Shown here: piece by piece, positions 21,646-32,142 of the stretch
Layout of the letters: each line of letters starts with the position of its first letter
How positions within the stretch are numbered: the stretch's first letter is position 1
DNA from: Andalucia godoyi And28
Taxonomy: Eukaryota > Protista > Jakobida
Assembly (NCBI GenBank): GCA_009859145.1
Contig: VRVR01000032.1
Location: 202,795-266,794, forward strand
Direction: 5' to 3'
DNA length: 64,000 bases
The notes under the pieces: model-generated
The model's database searches: none
What the model was told of the DNA's origin: nothing
Seen by the model: the letters and a program-made list of their open reading frames with translations, nothing else
Made by a program: the position numbers and the translations under genes

Positions 21646-21995
21646 CGCCGTCGCTTACAAAAGTCCGAAATGATTGAAATTTTCTAAATCCAAAAACGCG
21701 TTCAAAAAAGCTTTGATATGACATTAAGTACGCAAAAGCAGTGGGAAAACTCCAGAGTCAGCCGTTTGTCCCCCCGCCTAGTATCAATTCATCAACCCGC
21801 TTGCGGATGCTGCTGTAGAAGCACCGTTCGTACTGTAGTGGGAATACAGAGGACTTCAGCAATGAAAGTAGTAAGCTTTTTTTAATGTAGTTTTCATAGA
21901 AACTAAGTATTTCACGTTCCACAGCTACGAGTTTGGGGGACGGAAAAAGTTTAGGACGCACTTGAGAGGGGGACATACAAGTGGGATAAGGAAGA

Positions 21996-23138
21996 ATGCT
22001 GGCGGATGGAGATGATTTTGACGAGCCGATTGCGCTTGTGATTCCGCCGCTGCAGACGCACTTTCCAGTGTCGTTTCGAGGAGGTCAGACGGTAGTTGAG
22101 ATTGGACCTCAGCGACGGCTTTTGCTACCGATCAGCCATTCGCTAAGCTCGCTGCCGACCGTAAGCGTGTCTTCGGCGTCCGAGAATGACGACGACCAAG
22201 TCATCGAGGAGCTTGTTTCGTCACTTGTGTACTACACTGCAATGCGCGAATCGACCCGCGTCAATGCAAACTTGCTTGATGAACTCGCGAGTTTCCAAAC
22301 AGAGTGTTTCGAAACCGCTATCCAAAAGGAGCTCGAACGGCGAAAGGGCGGAGGCGGAGGGAGTGGCTCGAGCGATGATCATGGGCCGGCAAGAGCTCTT
22401 GCCGCCGCACACTCGGTCGTCCCGAGTGCTGCTGCGGCCAGTAGCGTGAAGGACAAGAGGAAAAAACGGATTCCAAGTGCGTCGGGGGCGTCGGGCTCAG
22501 GGTCAGGGCCGGGTTCAGGCGCTGGGCAGTCGGTGGTGAGCTCCAGTTCGAATAGCGGCGGAGTGACGGCTGGCTCGGAAGGGAAGCGGAGCAAGAGTCC
22601 AGCGGTGTCGAAGAGGTCCGTTTCGACTTCGCGAAAGAAGACTTCGCCGCCAATCACAGTGCCGATCTCGGGCTCTGGACTGGGCTCACCAACCTCGTCG
22701 TTCTCTGCGGCGCACTCATCGGGCTCGTTTTTGAAGGGGCCTTCCATGGACGATCTTAGTGTCGTGGCAGCGTCGCCTCGGTCGTCATCCGTGATAGCGT
22801 CCACTGGCTCGTACGGGTCTGCGGCAGACATGGAGGCCAGCCAGGCGCAAGCTGCCTCCTTGTCGATGAATTCGGGAAGCGGGTCTAGTGGTCCTCTGGG
22901 CTCGCTGAACAACACGGTCGCCACCCCTGGCTTTGCCTCGCCGTACCCATCGCAGGGCGTCGCCGCAGTCCTCAGCGCGACGACAACCACACCAGCGTCC
23001 GGCTCAGGCCTGATGAATGTGGATCCCGTGCTCGAGGCCATCTGCAAGCGACTTGCAGAGCTCTCAGGCTTCGTTCAAGAGACCGTCAAGGCAGAAAAAA
23101 TCAAGGACAAGAAGAGCGGCCGCATGGCAGATGATTGA
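21996..23138 (+). CDS. Hypothetical protein, 380 aa, Ser/Gly-rich
   Basis: Long ATG ORF with an ordered N-terminal ~110 aa, a low-complexity middle and a helical C-terminus. Confidence 0.7.
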   Translation: MLADGDDFDEPIALVIPPLQTHFPVSFRGGQTVVEIGPQRRLLLPISHSLSSLPTVSVSSASENDDDQVIEELVSSLVYYTAMRESTRVNANLLDELASFQTECFETAIQKELERRKGGGGGSGSSDDHGPARALAAAHSVVPSAAAASSVKDKRKKRIPSASGASGSGSGPGSGAGQSVVSSSSNSGGVTAGSEGKRSKSPAVSKRSVSTSRKKTSPPITVPISGSGLGSPTSSFSAAHSSGSFLKGPSMDDLSVVAASPRSSSVIASTGSYGSAADMEASQAQAASLSMNSGSGSSGPLGSLNNTVATPGFASPYPSQGVAAVLSATTTTPASGSGLMNVDPVLEAICKRLAELSGFVQETVKAEKIKDKKSGRMADD

Positions 23139-23436
23139 TTCCCCACAAAGCACTACGCTTGTACATGTACATATTCCTTTTTATCTGATATTTTTTATGT
23201 TGTGCTATCCTTATTCTCTTGCTTTTTTGCATTGCATTGTTCCTCACAGAGGCAGAGGGGACTTGGTAAAATTAGAATAGCAGTAATAATAATAATAAAA
23301 AACCAATAGTGATGATAATAATTAAACAAAAACAAGAAGAGGAACGACGAAACCATTGTCATTCTGCTGCTGCTGTGCACGCGGTAAAGTCGGGGGTGTG
23401 CAGGGGTGGGGGAGCGGCTTAATCATCAGAAAGCCT

Positions 23437-26400
23437 CTATTCTACCTTCAGAATAGTCTTGGCGCGCACCACAAACATCCATTCTTCTTTTGTCAAGTCG
23501 TTCTTGTGCAGCTCCTTCAGCGCATCAATGGACTTTCTGGTGAGATGTGCGTAAATGTCGACGTTCACAAAAGGACTCTTCTTCTTGTCCAGGAACTTCG
23601 TTGATTGGGTCGGATTGCGCGCCACAATCTTGATTGCAACTTGATCTCCTTTCTTCGCCGAGTCCACAGGCTTTCCTTCCTTTTCGATGGAAAGAACCTT
23701 TCCAAGGTCAATCAAGGTTCCGTCGGCTTGCGGAATCGCAACCGGGGTATTCGGCTTCAGCACACAATCCAGAACCTCGACACCAACAACAATCGGTTCC
23801 GTCGAATTGAACACACAGTTGGGAAGAATCTTGAAGCGGCATGGCCAAATGACAGATTCGGAAAGCTCCTTGTTGCGAATCTCCTTGAGTTCTCCAATGT
23901 ACTTGGTAAACATGTCAAACAAGTGGTAGATGATATCTGCTGAAAAGATACGCACCCCAACCTCATCGGCCATCGTCTGGGCCTCAGCGGTGATTTTGAC
24001 ATCGAATGCAAGGATGACCGCGTATTCGCGGGCAGACTCCAGCATGATTGATGCTCGCATAACATCCTTCTTGTAGACAGAGCCAAGGCCAATGGCAGAC
24101 ACCGGAATCTTTGAATCCTTCAAAAAGGACATAAGCGCCTCCAGAGATCCCAACGTAGATGCCTGCACATACACGCCCTTGCCAGTGCGGTCCAACTTGG
24201 ACAGCAGTGTCTGCAGGTCTTCCATGACCTGGTTGCTTGCAGCCTCCAATTCCGCATCGTTTTTGACAACCATCAGTGCCGATCCCGCCACTGCATCCTC
24301 CAGACCCGGAGCAGAGATCTTGATTCCCTGCGCAGCCTCGAGTTCCTTGTGATGGACATATTCTCCTCGCACACGAATTTCCCGCATAGGCTTTGGAGTA
24401 AGCAGTGCTCTGATTGTCGTCACAATAGGACCGCTCAGCCCGCACACAACAATGCGGTCACCTTCTCTCAGGGTTCCGTTGACGAGGATGACATCGATCG
24501 TCGTTCCCAGACCTTCAATGATCTTGACCTCCAGAACCGTGCACTCAAGCTTGTTGGACAGGTACAGCAAACGTTCGGCCATGTGGCGCTGCGTCAGCTG
24601 CAGAATAAGCATCAGCAAATCGGGAATACCTTCTCCAGTGTGTGCGGACGTTGGAACAATCGAAACATTCTGCAAAAAATTGGGATTCTTCCAATACAAG
24701 TGCGTGTTGATAGAAAGCTCCGCAAACTGCGTCTGGACAAACCTCAAACGCTCGTTGAACTCGTGCTCACCGTCTTTGTTGCGATCCAGCGACTCGCGGA
24801 TGGCACCATCGGGAATGGCGTTCCAGCCGTACAAACGATCAACCTTGTTCAACGCGATTACAAACGGCGTCTTGCGCGACCTCAACAGCTCAATGGACTC
24901 TCGAGTCTGGGGCTCCAGCCCGTGCATGAGATCCACAACCACAACCGCAATGTCACACAAAGACGATCCGCGAGACCGGAGATTCGAGAAAGACTCGTGC
25001 CCCGGAGTATCGATGACAAGCAAACCCGGAACTTCCTTCATCAACCGGTCTGCACCCTGAACGCGCGAAATACGCTGCATAAGGTTGGCCAGCGGGAAGT
25101 ATGTCGCACCGATTTGCTGGGTGATACCCCCCGCTTCATTGTCTTGAACGTTCGTACCGCGAATCTTGTCCAGCAACTTGGTTTTGCCCACGTCCACGTG
25201 TCCGAGAATGACGGCAATCGGAGAACGAAGCGTCTTGGGCTTTTCTTTCTTCGAAGACGTCGCAGAAACCGCTGAAGTCGTGTCGGCAGCTGTCTGCGAT
25301 TCTGCTGCTGCTTCTGACTCCTTCTGCTTGGGTACGGGAGCTCCACTGGGCTTCACGGGCTGTTGTTGCACGACTGGAGCTGGATCTTCATCAACTACCT
25401 CCCAACTGTTGTCAGAGCCCTTGCTGTCCGGCTCGTGCTCAGCATCGTCTTCGACATCCGAGTCGGCAAGTTGTTCCCAGTCTTCAACTTCCTCCTCCTC
25501 TTCCACTACCTCGTCCTTCTGCGCATCGAGAGACATCGCACCCATCCGTTCACGAACAGCATTCTCTAAAGATTCGCGTTCTTTGCGCAATCTCTCTTCT
25601 TCTTTTGCCTTCTCGCGATTCTCACGTTCGATCGCAAGCAGCCGATCGCGCTCTTTCTGCTCCGCTTCGAGTTTCGCAATAACATCCTCTTTCTTCGGCT
25701 TCTTTGGCTGATGTGGCAGCTTCTTGTCTTCCTTCTTTTTCTTCTCTTCCGCAGATGACTGAGACGGTACTGGTGCTTGTGTTGCTGATTGCGCCTTTGA
25801 CTCGTTCTCGTCGTCCGACTCATCGTGTGCACTGCCGGGAAGTTGAGCATCTGCCGGAATCAATCCCATCTTCTTCATTTGCTCGAGACGGATAAGTTCG
25901 AGTGCACGCTTCTTCTTCTGGCCTTCAGTCAGAAGCTTTCCCTCTTTTCGCAACTGCTCACGCTTCGCAGCGCGCTCCTCTGCCTTGCGCTTCTTCTCGG
26001 CTTCCTTTCTCTCGGCTTCCTCCACTCGCCGGCGCTCTTCCTCTTCCTCCTTTCGCACTCGTTCTTCCTCTTCACGCTTCAGACGTTCAATCTCCTCCAA
26101 TTGCTTGCGCTTCATCTCAAGAATCTTGGATGCTGCGGCACTTGGCTTCTTTGCAGGCTCCTCCTTCTTCTTGGTATCTTTTTTCTTGTCCTCCTTCTTT
26201 GCGCCCGGATCTTCCTTCTTTTCCTCGGAAACATCTGCGCCCTGAGTTGGCAAGACTGCTGCGGAAGCAGAGATGGTCGCAGCACTTGGCTCTTGGCCTG
26301 CAGCATCCAGTTCGTTTGCAGCATCCGTCTTCGCCTTTGGCCCTCTCTTTCTCTTCTTCTTGTCCTCTTCTGCGGTCTTTTCACTTGCGCCGGGTCCAAG

Positions 26401-27246
26401 AATATCTTCAAGAACGTCATCAAAGTCATTACCCTTCTTCTTTCCTTTGTTCTTATCGTCCTTCGCCTTCTCGGTCTGTGTCTTTGGTGCAGTCTGTTCT
26501 TTTGCAGGTTGCGCCTCCTTCTTTGGAGCATCCTTTTTCACAGAAGGGACCGGCTGTTTCTTCTTTTGTGGCTTCTTTGAGTCGACCTTCGCCTCCTCCT
26601 CCTCCTCCTCAGAATCTTCTTCTTCCTCCTCCTTCTCAGCATCGTCATCATCGCCGTGATCAAGCATCGAAAACGCCGAAAACATGGACGATTTTCCAGC
26701 CTTGGAAGCCGGCTTCGATTGCGCAGGCTTCGCAGACAGTGCAGCAACAATCCCAGCACCCTCTTCACCCTCACTCTCAGCACTGCCATCGTCGTCGTCG
26801 CTTCCAGATTCAGACTTCTTTTTGCTCACAATCTTCTGGTTCTTGGATATTGCAGATATCCGTTCTTCTTCACTTTCCGAGTCCGATTCCTCTGCACTCT
26901 TCTTTCGAGTTGCAGGCTGTTGTTTGGATGCATTCTTTGCTGCTGCTTGTTGACTCTTTTTGGGCTTTGCAGACACAAACTCGTCTTCCGAATCCGCATT
27001 TGACGGCGCGTCGACTGGTTTTTCGTCCGTTTCGTCTTGCCGTCCTTTGTTTTTCTGGTTCTTCTTGTTTGTGGGGGCCTTTCCTCTGGATCCAGCATCG
27101 TTCTCATGGTCTACATCGTCGTTCTGTGCTTCAGGAGCCTTGGACTTTCCCTTGTTTGCAGGCTTTTTGGACGCTTCCGGAACTTCGTCCACATCATTCA
27201 GCATCTGGGACAAGAGGTCGTCCTGTGCATTCTTCTTTTTTCCCAT
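23437..27246 (-). CDS. EIF5B: Translation initiation factor eIF5B
   Basis: LRSPIAVILGHVDVGKTKLLDKIR, GGITQQIGATYFP, IDTPGHESFSNLRSRGSSLCD, YVQASTLGSLEAL and a charged N-terminal extension. Confidence 0.98.
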   Translation of the reverse strand: MGKKKNAQDDLLSQMLNDVDEVPEASKKPANKGKSKAPEAQNDDVDHENDAGSRGKAPTNKKNQKNKGRQDETDEKPVDAPSNADSEDEFVSAKPKKSQQAAAKNASKQQPATRKKSAEESDSESEEERISAISKNQKIVSKKKSESGSDDDDGSAESEGEEGAGIVAALSAKPAQSKPASKAGKSSMFSAFSMLDHGDDDDAEKEEEEEDSEEEEEEAKVDSKKPQKKKQPVPSVKKDAPKKEAQPAKEQTAPKTQTEKAKDDKNKGKKKGNDFDDVLEDILGPGASEKTAEEDKKKRKRGPKAKTDAANELDAAGQEPSAATISASAAVLPTQGADVSEEKKEDPGAKKEDKKKDTKKKEEPAKKPSAAASKILEMKRKQLEEIERLKREEEERVRKEEEEERRRVEEAERKEAEKKRKAEERAAKREQLRKEGKLLTEGQKKKRALELIRLEQMKKMGLIPADAQLPGSAHDESDDENESKAQSATQAPVPSQSSAEEKKKKEDKKLPHQPKKPKKEDVIAKLEAEQKERDRLLAIERENREKAKEEERLRKERESLENAVRERMGAMSLDAQKDEVVEEEEEVEDWEQLADSDVEDDAEHEPDSKGSDNSWEVVDEDPAPVVQQQPVKPSGAPVPKQKESEAAAESQTAADTTSAVSATSSKKEKPKTLRSPIAVILGHVDVGKTKLLDKIRGTNVQDNEAGGITQQIGATYFPLANLMQRISRVQGADRLMKEVPGLLVIDTPGHESFSNLRSRGSSLCDIAVVVVDLMHGLEPQTRESIELLRSRKTPFVIALNKVDRLYGWNAIPDGAIRESLDRNKDGEHEFNERLRFVQTQFAELSINTHLYWKNPNFLQNVSIVPTSAHTGEGIPDLLMLILQLTQRHMAERLLYLSNKLECTVLEVKIIEGLGTTIDVILVNGTLREGDRIVVCGLSGPIVTTIRALLTPKPMREIRVRGEYVHHKELEAAQGIKISAPGLEDAVAGSALMVVKNDAELEAASNQVMEDLQTLLSKLDRTGKGVYVQASTLGSLEALMSFLKDSKIPVSAIGLGSVYKKDVMRASIMLESAREYAVILAFDVKITAEAQTMADEVGVRIFSADIIYHLFDMFTKYIGELKEIRNKELSESVIWPCRFKILPNCVFNSTEPIVVGVEVLDCVLKPNTPVAIPQADGTLIDLGKVLSIEKEGKPVDSAKKGDQVAIKIVARNPTQSTKFLDKKKSPFVNVDIYAHLTRKSIDALKELHKNDLTKEEWMFVVRAKTILKVE

Positions 27247-27744
27247 TTCTAAAACAAAAATACAGCACTAAGAAGAAGAAATCCTAACAAGAAAGATGAA
27301 ATCCTAATAAGAAAGATGAAATCCAAAACCCAAAAACGCAAAAGAAAAGAAAGAGAGGCAATAGGATTCTTGTGTTTTGAAGCCAGATTGAAGGGTTGAA
27401 GCGCGATGGACAGCGGACTGGGGCTCAGACGTGATGCTTGATTCTGCATTTTCTGATCGTATCAAACATTGTTATCAACCTGTCACGAAGGTTGACGTCG
27501 GAAATTTCCAGAACAGGAATCCAAAAGAAAACCCGACATTTGGGGCAAATCAGTTTTCAAGGTTCAAACGTGTTGCGTTCCGCTCTCTCTGTTTCTTGTA
27601 TTTCATTGTTGTTGTTGTTTTGTTATGTTAAACAATTTTTTAATTTAAAAAAAAAAGGCAAGACTTGTTGGATGAGCTGCGGCCGTGAAGTGCCGTGTTA
27701 ACGATTGAAAGAACTTTTCATCAGCAGGACGAGGACATCTACGA

Positions 27745-27746
27745 CG

Positions 27747-27786
<40 letters not shown>

Positions 27787-27835
27787 GAACAAGAAGAAGA
27801 AGAAGAAGGAGAAGGAGAAGGAGAAGAAGGAGAGG
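27745..27835 (+). repeat. (CAA)n(GAA/GGA)n microsatellite
   Basis: Directly visible, just upstream of the ATG at 27860. Confidence 0.9.
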
Positions 27836-27859
27836 TAGAAGGAAGAGCGTGTTTTTGCT

Positions 27860-29563
27860 ATGGGTTGTGGAAACTCCAAATCCAAGCACCCAAAGAGGCC
27901 CAAAAGTAACTCGATCGCCCCTCTGACATCATCAGAGACTCCACTATCGTCTGATGACGCCCCGCGATACAAGGTGGTTCTTGTTGGCGAGCCAAACAGT
28001 GGGAAATCATGCGTGTTTACTCGGCTGACAAAATCAAAGTTCTCTGCAAACGACGCGTATGTACCTTCTCAGCGAGCTGCAATCGGCATCAAGTCGTTCC
28101 AGTTCCCGCTTCCCCCGACTGTCGCCGCGGCCGTCGCCGAGAAGAAGTCAGCAAAGACAAGAGACAGAAGCAAGAACAAGAACAAGAGCAAGAGTAAGGA
28201 CAAGAATAAGGACGACGAGGATGTCAGTCCGCCACAGACAGTCCATTTGCAGCTTTGGGACACGCCGGGAAAGGCGATTGTGGATGTGAAGAGCGTGACG
28301 TACAAGAATGCAGATGCAGTGGTCGTTGTGATCGATGCTTCAAGAACGCAGCCAGAAGACCTTGAACGGAAGATCTCAAAGTACGTTGCGGAGGTGATCA
28401 ATGTTGTTGCGAAGGAGAACGCTGCCACGGAAATGCAGCAGTCACAGTCCGTGAACAGCAATGGAAATGGAGTGGAGAATGAAATCCAGATCATCATTCC
28501 GCAGCCGGGAATCCGCATGCCTCTGATCGCGGTGTGTCTGACAAAGATGGACTTGCCTGTCTTTGTGCGCGCAGAGACGTTTTCGAAGAGATTGAGAAAT
28601 ATTCTTAGAGTGCAGAAGGTGTTTGAAACGAGCGCGTTGGCGGATCAAGGGGTCCATCAGTCGTTTCGAACGCTTTCGCGATCCTTGTTGATGAGAGATC
28701 CGAGGTACGTAAGGATCTTCGCAACGGCTGCGAGGACGCCGTCTGGGCATTTCCTTCCGCCTTCAAGACCAGCCTCCACGACTCTCGGGCCGCGAAAGAT
28801 GTTCGGTGTTGCGTTGTCCTCGCTCATCTTTGAGGAAAATCGACACCGACTGATTCCTGAATTGGTCGACGTCTCTGTTTCGTTCCTGCGCAGGTATGGG
28901 ACCGCTTGTTCAAACATTTTTGTCGATACAGAACGAGAAAGAACTGGGGAGGTGTCTATCCAGGATTGGAAGAATAGAATCGAGACGGCGGGCTCATGTG
29001 CTGTCTTGTGGGAGTGCAACGACGCGTGGATCGTTGCTGCCATTTTGAAACAATTTCTGGCGAACCTCCCCGATCAAGTGATCCCCTCCTCTTTGCATGA
29101 TCAGTACCTCGCGACTGCGAATACGGATATTCCGTTGGATCAGAGGCTTTTCAAATTGAGGGAACTCTGGGGACAGCTGGACAAGGCTCCGCGGTATCTG
29201 GTGCGTTCCATCATGCGATTACTGAACTTCCTCTCGTCCTTCAGCGAAAAGACAAATATTTCGTCTCAGTCTCTGGGCGTTGCGATCTCTCCCTGCATTG
29301 TGCGCGTTACTGTCAGTTCAGAAATCGCAAGCGGCACCGGTCTTGTTCAACAGCTCCGCAGCTGGCATGCGGTGTGTGAAATGATGATCCGACACGCACC
29401 GTTCATCTTCAATTCCTCGCACAAGGACACCTCCACACCCTCCGAGACAAACCCTTCCGAGTACGAAGATTTGGACTTCCGAGATGGAGAATCGGATCGG
29501 AACACCGATCGGGACGCCCACACCGAAAGTCTCGCCACCAACTCGGAGCATTCTGCGGACTAG
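27860..29563 (+). CDS. N-acylated small-GTPase plus RhoGAP-like fusion protein
   Basis: MGCGNS acylation motif; G1 GEPNSGKS, G3 WDTPG, G4 TKMD, G5 ETSA; then MFGVAL...IPELV...VAAILKQFLANLPDQVIP...N.SSQSLGVAISPCI (RhoGAP). Confidence 0.85.
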   Translation: MGCGNSKSKHPKRPKSNSIAPLTSSETPLSSDDAPRYKVVLVGEPNSGKSCVFTRLTKSKFSANDAYVPSQRAAIGIKSFQFPLPPTVAAAVAEKKSAKTRDRSKNKNKSKSKDKNKDDEDVSPPQTVHLQLWDTPGKAIVDVKSVTYKNADAVVVVIDASRTQPEDLERKISKYVAEVINVVAKENAATEMQQSQSVNSNGNGVENEIQIIIPQPGIRMPLIAVCLTKMDLPVFVRAETFSKRLRNILRVQKVFETSALADQGVHQSFRTLSRSLLMRDPRYVRIFATAARTPSGHFLPPSRPASTTLGPRKMFGVALSSLIFEENRHRLIPELVDVSVSFLRRYGTACSNIFVDTERERTGEVSIQDWKNRIETAGSCAVLWECNDAWIVAAILKQFLANLPDQVIPSSLHDQYLATANTDIPLDQRLFKLRELWGQLDKAPRYLVRSIMRLLNFLSSFSEKTNISSQSLGVAISPCIVRVTVSSEIASGTGLVQQLRSWHAVCEMMIRHAPFIFNSSHKDTSTPSETNPSEYEDLDFRDGESDRNTDRDAHTESLATNSEHSAD

Positions 29564-29946
29564 CACTTTGGTATTTATTGTTTTTTCTTTCACTTTCACC
29601 TTCTTTTTTTTCCCCCTCCCTTCAAATTTTGTCATCCTTATACAGATTGGCGTTGGCATTGTACCATATTCGTAACACTCACACGAGAAGAAGAAGACAA
29701 TCATAAAATAGTCGTTGTCGTCCGGAGCAATTTTTTTTTGTTTGGTCCATTGCGCGCAGCGTTATTCTCAACGCGGATCAAAGCCATCCTTTTTTTTTGG
29801 GTTTCAAATCGAGCTCGCCACTCAACATGATTCACTGGGGCTCTCTCGAGGCTTGAACAGAAGACGGCTCGCTGATGCATGGTCAGAACGAGCGTTTGCG
29901 CACCCACACGAACGCGAACGTCCATGCGTGCATCGTCACCCGACGA

Positions 29947-31084
29947 CTACCCTTCAATTTCTCGAATTGCACGCTCCGTGTGATCCAGTTCTGCAACCAA
30001 TTTTCCGTATTCTGCAACCAGCGAATTGAACGTTCGCCCAAGACCTTCAAACTGCGACAGACGTCCTTTGCTCATCTCGAGTTCTTTGGAGAGTTCTGCC
30101 ATCCTTGCACTCAGCTCAGCTTTGCAAGCCTTCACCGCATCAATCGACCCCTGCTTGCCATAAACATCCATCAACATCTGGTACTTCACAACACTCAATT
30201 TCAAAACAAGCGCCTCTGCTCGGGCTTGCAGATAAAGCGACGAGGTCTGAATATGCTTCGGTGTCACTTCTAGGTCGCTCTGTATACCAGAATCCAGAGT
30301 ATTCGTTGCTTGATCCAATGTCTAGAAAACCAAAACGGCGTGAGTACGATCCCAGAGTGAACGGTAAACAACAACTAACATACCCTTGTCGAGTCTTTGA
30401 GCACGGAACAGACGTGAAAATTCACAGCCGCTGCATCATCACTTAACTTGCCGATTTCCGAACGAAGTTCCTTCACTCTGGACGCCAGGATCGCAGGATT
30501 CATACGGGCAGACACCGTGCTTAGAATAGATGATACACGCGATGCCAGCACGTCCACACGGTCTTCAATCTCGGCCACCAACGCATCTCCAACTCTGCGA
30601 CTTCCGTCCGTGCTCGAACTGGGCTTCTCGGCACTCATCAACGTCCCAATCAATTCACTCTCCTGCACATCAAAACCACATTCAAAACGTTAACTCAACC
30701 GAACCGAACTGAGATGCACTGGGGCTGGAAGGACAGGGGGAAAACATACAATGGGAATCAGTTCTTGGACATTTCGCATAAGGAATGACGACACGAGGAA
30801 GTTTGCACGTTCTCGCAGCATCTTTTGTGAAGCCTGTAGATTCCCCTCAAAAAAATGATAGAAAAGAAATGAGAAAAATAACAATGAGTGTCAAAACAAA
30901 ACGATACAATACAAGCGGAAATAAGGATACGGCCAGTCGATAGTGGTACACATACGATCTGCAAGTCTTCGGACAGTGATGCATCCGAGGCATCTTTGCC
31001 AATCTTTGCTTCCAAGCTCGTCAGCAATGTTTGGAACTGCGGGAACTGCGGGAACTGCTCCACTGGATTCACAATCACAGACAT
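29947..31084 (-). CDS. HAUS4: HAUS4 (augmin subunit 4)-like, 4 exons: 31084-30956, 30845-30750, 30662-30384, 30321-29947 (~292 aa)
   Basis: Three GTATGT...AG introns, all phase 0, join four ORF pieces in frame. The C-terminus FEGLGRTFNSLVAEYGKLVAELDHTERAIREIE resembles the HAUS4 tail. Confidence 0.75.
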
Positions 31085-31243
31085 GCCTTCTTCTCCCTGT
31101 CTCTCTCTCTCTCTGTCTCTGTCTGTCTGTCTGTCTGTCTGTCTTTCTTGGCCACAAACACCAAAAAACAACAGGCGGAAGTGGGCTCCCGGCTTTTTAA
31201 CGTTCAATCCGAGTCCCGGTTTTGTTTATTCGGAGGCTTGATT

Positions 31244-31268
31244 GCCCTAACCCTAAATTCCTAACCCT
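31244..31268 (+). repeat. Short interstitial CCCTAA (telomere-like/telo-box) motifs
   Basis: CCCTAACCCTAAATTCCTAACCCT lies between the divergent HAUS4-like and Dre2 genes. Confidence 0.45.
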
Positions 31269-31481
31269 GGCTATCACGATAAAAAAAATCCCCGATTCCC
31301 GTTCTATTTTCTATCTCCTGCCATTCTTCATTCGACTTTTGATGTGTTTGTGAGGAGTGTTGTTTGATCTGTTGTCTTTTTTTAATCTTTTTGTTTACCA
31401 TTGACCGTTCATAAAGCCGAGACGTCTTCTTTTCTTCTTTTGTATATTTTTTGTTTTTTTTAAATTTAAAAGAAAGAGGGG

Positions 31482-32006
31482 ATGAGCCGAGAGCTGAAAG
31501 CGTCTGAGAGTCTTGGTGACCTCTTCTCGAATCTGGAGTCCGGGCAAACAGCGACTGTTCCTGCTTCTCGCAATCTGAGTGCGTCAGATGTGATCTACAG
31601 TGGATTTGTGCTGGTGGAGACTACGACAGCCGGGGATCTGGTGATTCAGAAGCCGACATACGACAGCTCTGCGACATATGCACTGAATTTGCAGCCGGAC
31701 GATTTGGTGGACGAAGACTCGCTTTTGGATCCTGCGACGTTCCAGAATAAGCCAGTGTATGATTGCGGCGCGGATGACTCTGGAAAGAGGAAGGCTTGCA
31801 AGAACTGCTCGTGTGGGCTTGCGGAGGAGTTGAAAAAGGGCGAGCAACAACAACAGCAGCAGTCTGCGCTGCCAAAGTCTTCATGCGGAAATTGCGCACT
31901 TGGGGACGCCTTCCGGTGTGCATCGTGCCCGTATCTTGGAATGCCTGCTTTCAAGCCAGGCGAAAAAGTCCAACTTGCTGGTGCATTTGCATCGGATGAT
32001 ATTTAA
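31482..32006 (+). CDS. DRE2: Anamorsin/Dre2 (short form)
   Basis: LVDEDSLL, C..x8..[11 protein letters not shown] and [32 protein letters not shown]. Confidence 0.95.
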   Translation: MSRELKASESLGDLFSNLESGQTATVPASRNLSASDVIYSGFVLVETTTAGDLVIQKPTYDSSATYALNLQPDDLVDEDSLLDPATFQNKPVYDCGADDSGKRKACKNCSCGLAEELKKGEQQQQQQSALPKSSCGNCALGDAFRCASCPYLGMPAFKPGEKVQLAGAFASDDI

Positions 32007-32142
32007 TTTATGTTTATTCGCTTTGTTCTTCATCGAGATAAATGAACTATATGGACTCCTTTTTTAAATAATGATAATTATTTTAAAATGGAGGGATGTT
32101 ACGACCTACAAAGACACACAAAGAAGCGAGCAAGTACCGACA

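Noticed and set aside
21758-21976. 72-aa ORF containing IRKRVDEL, similar to a TnpB helix
   Set aside because: No other TnpB motif in any frame.
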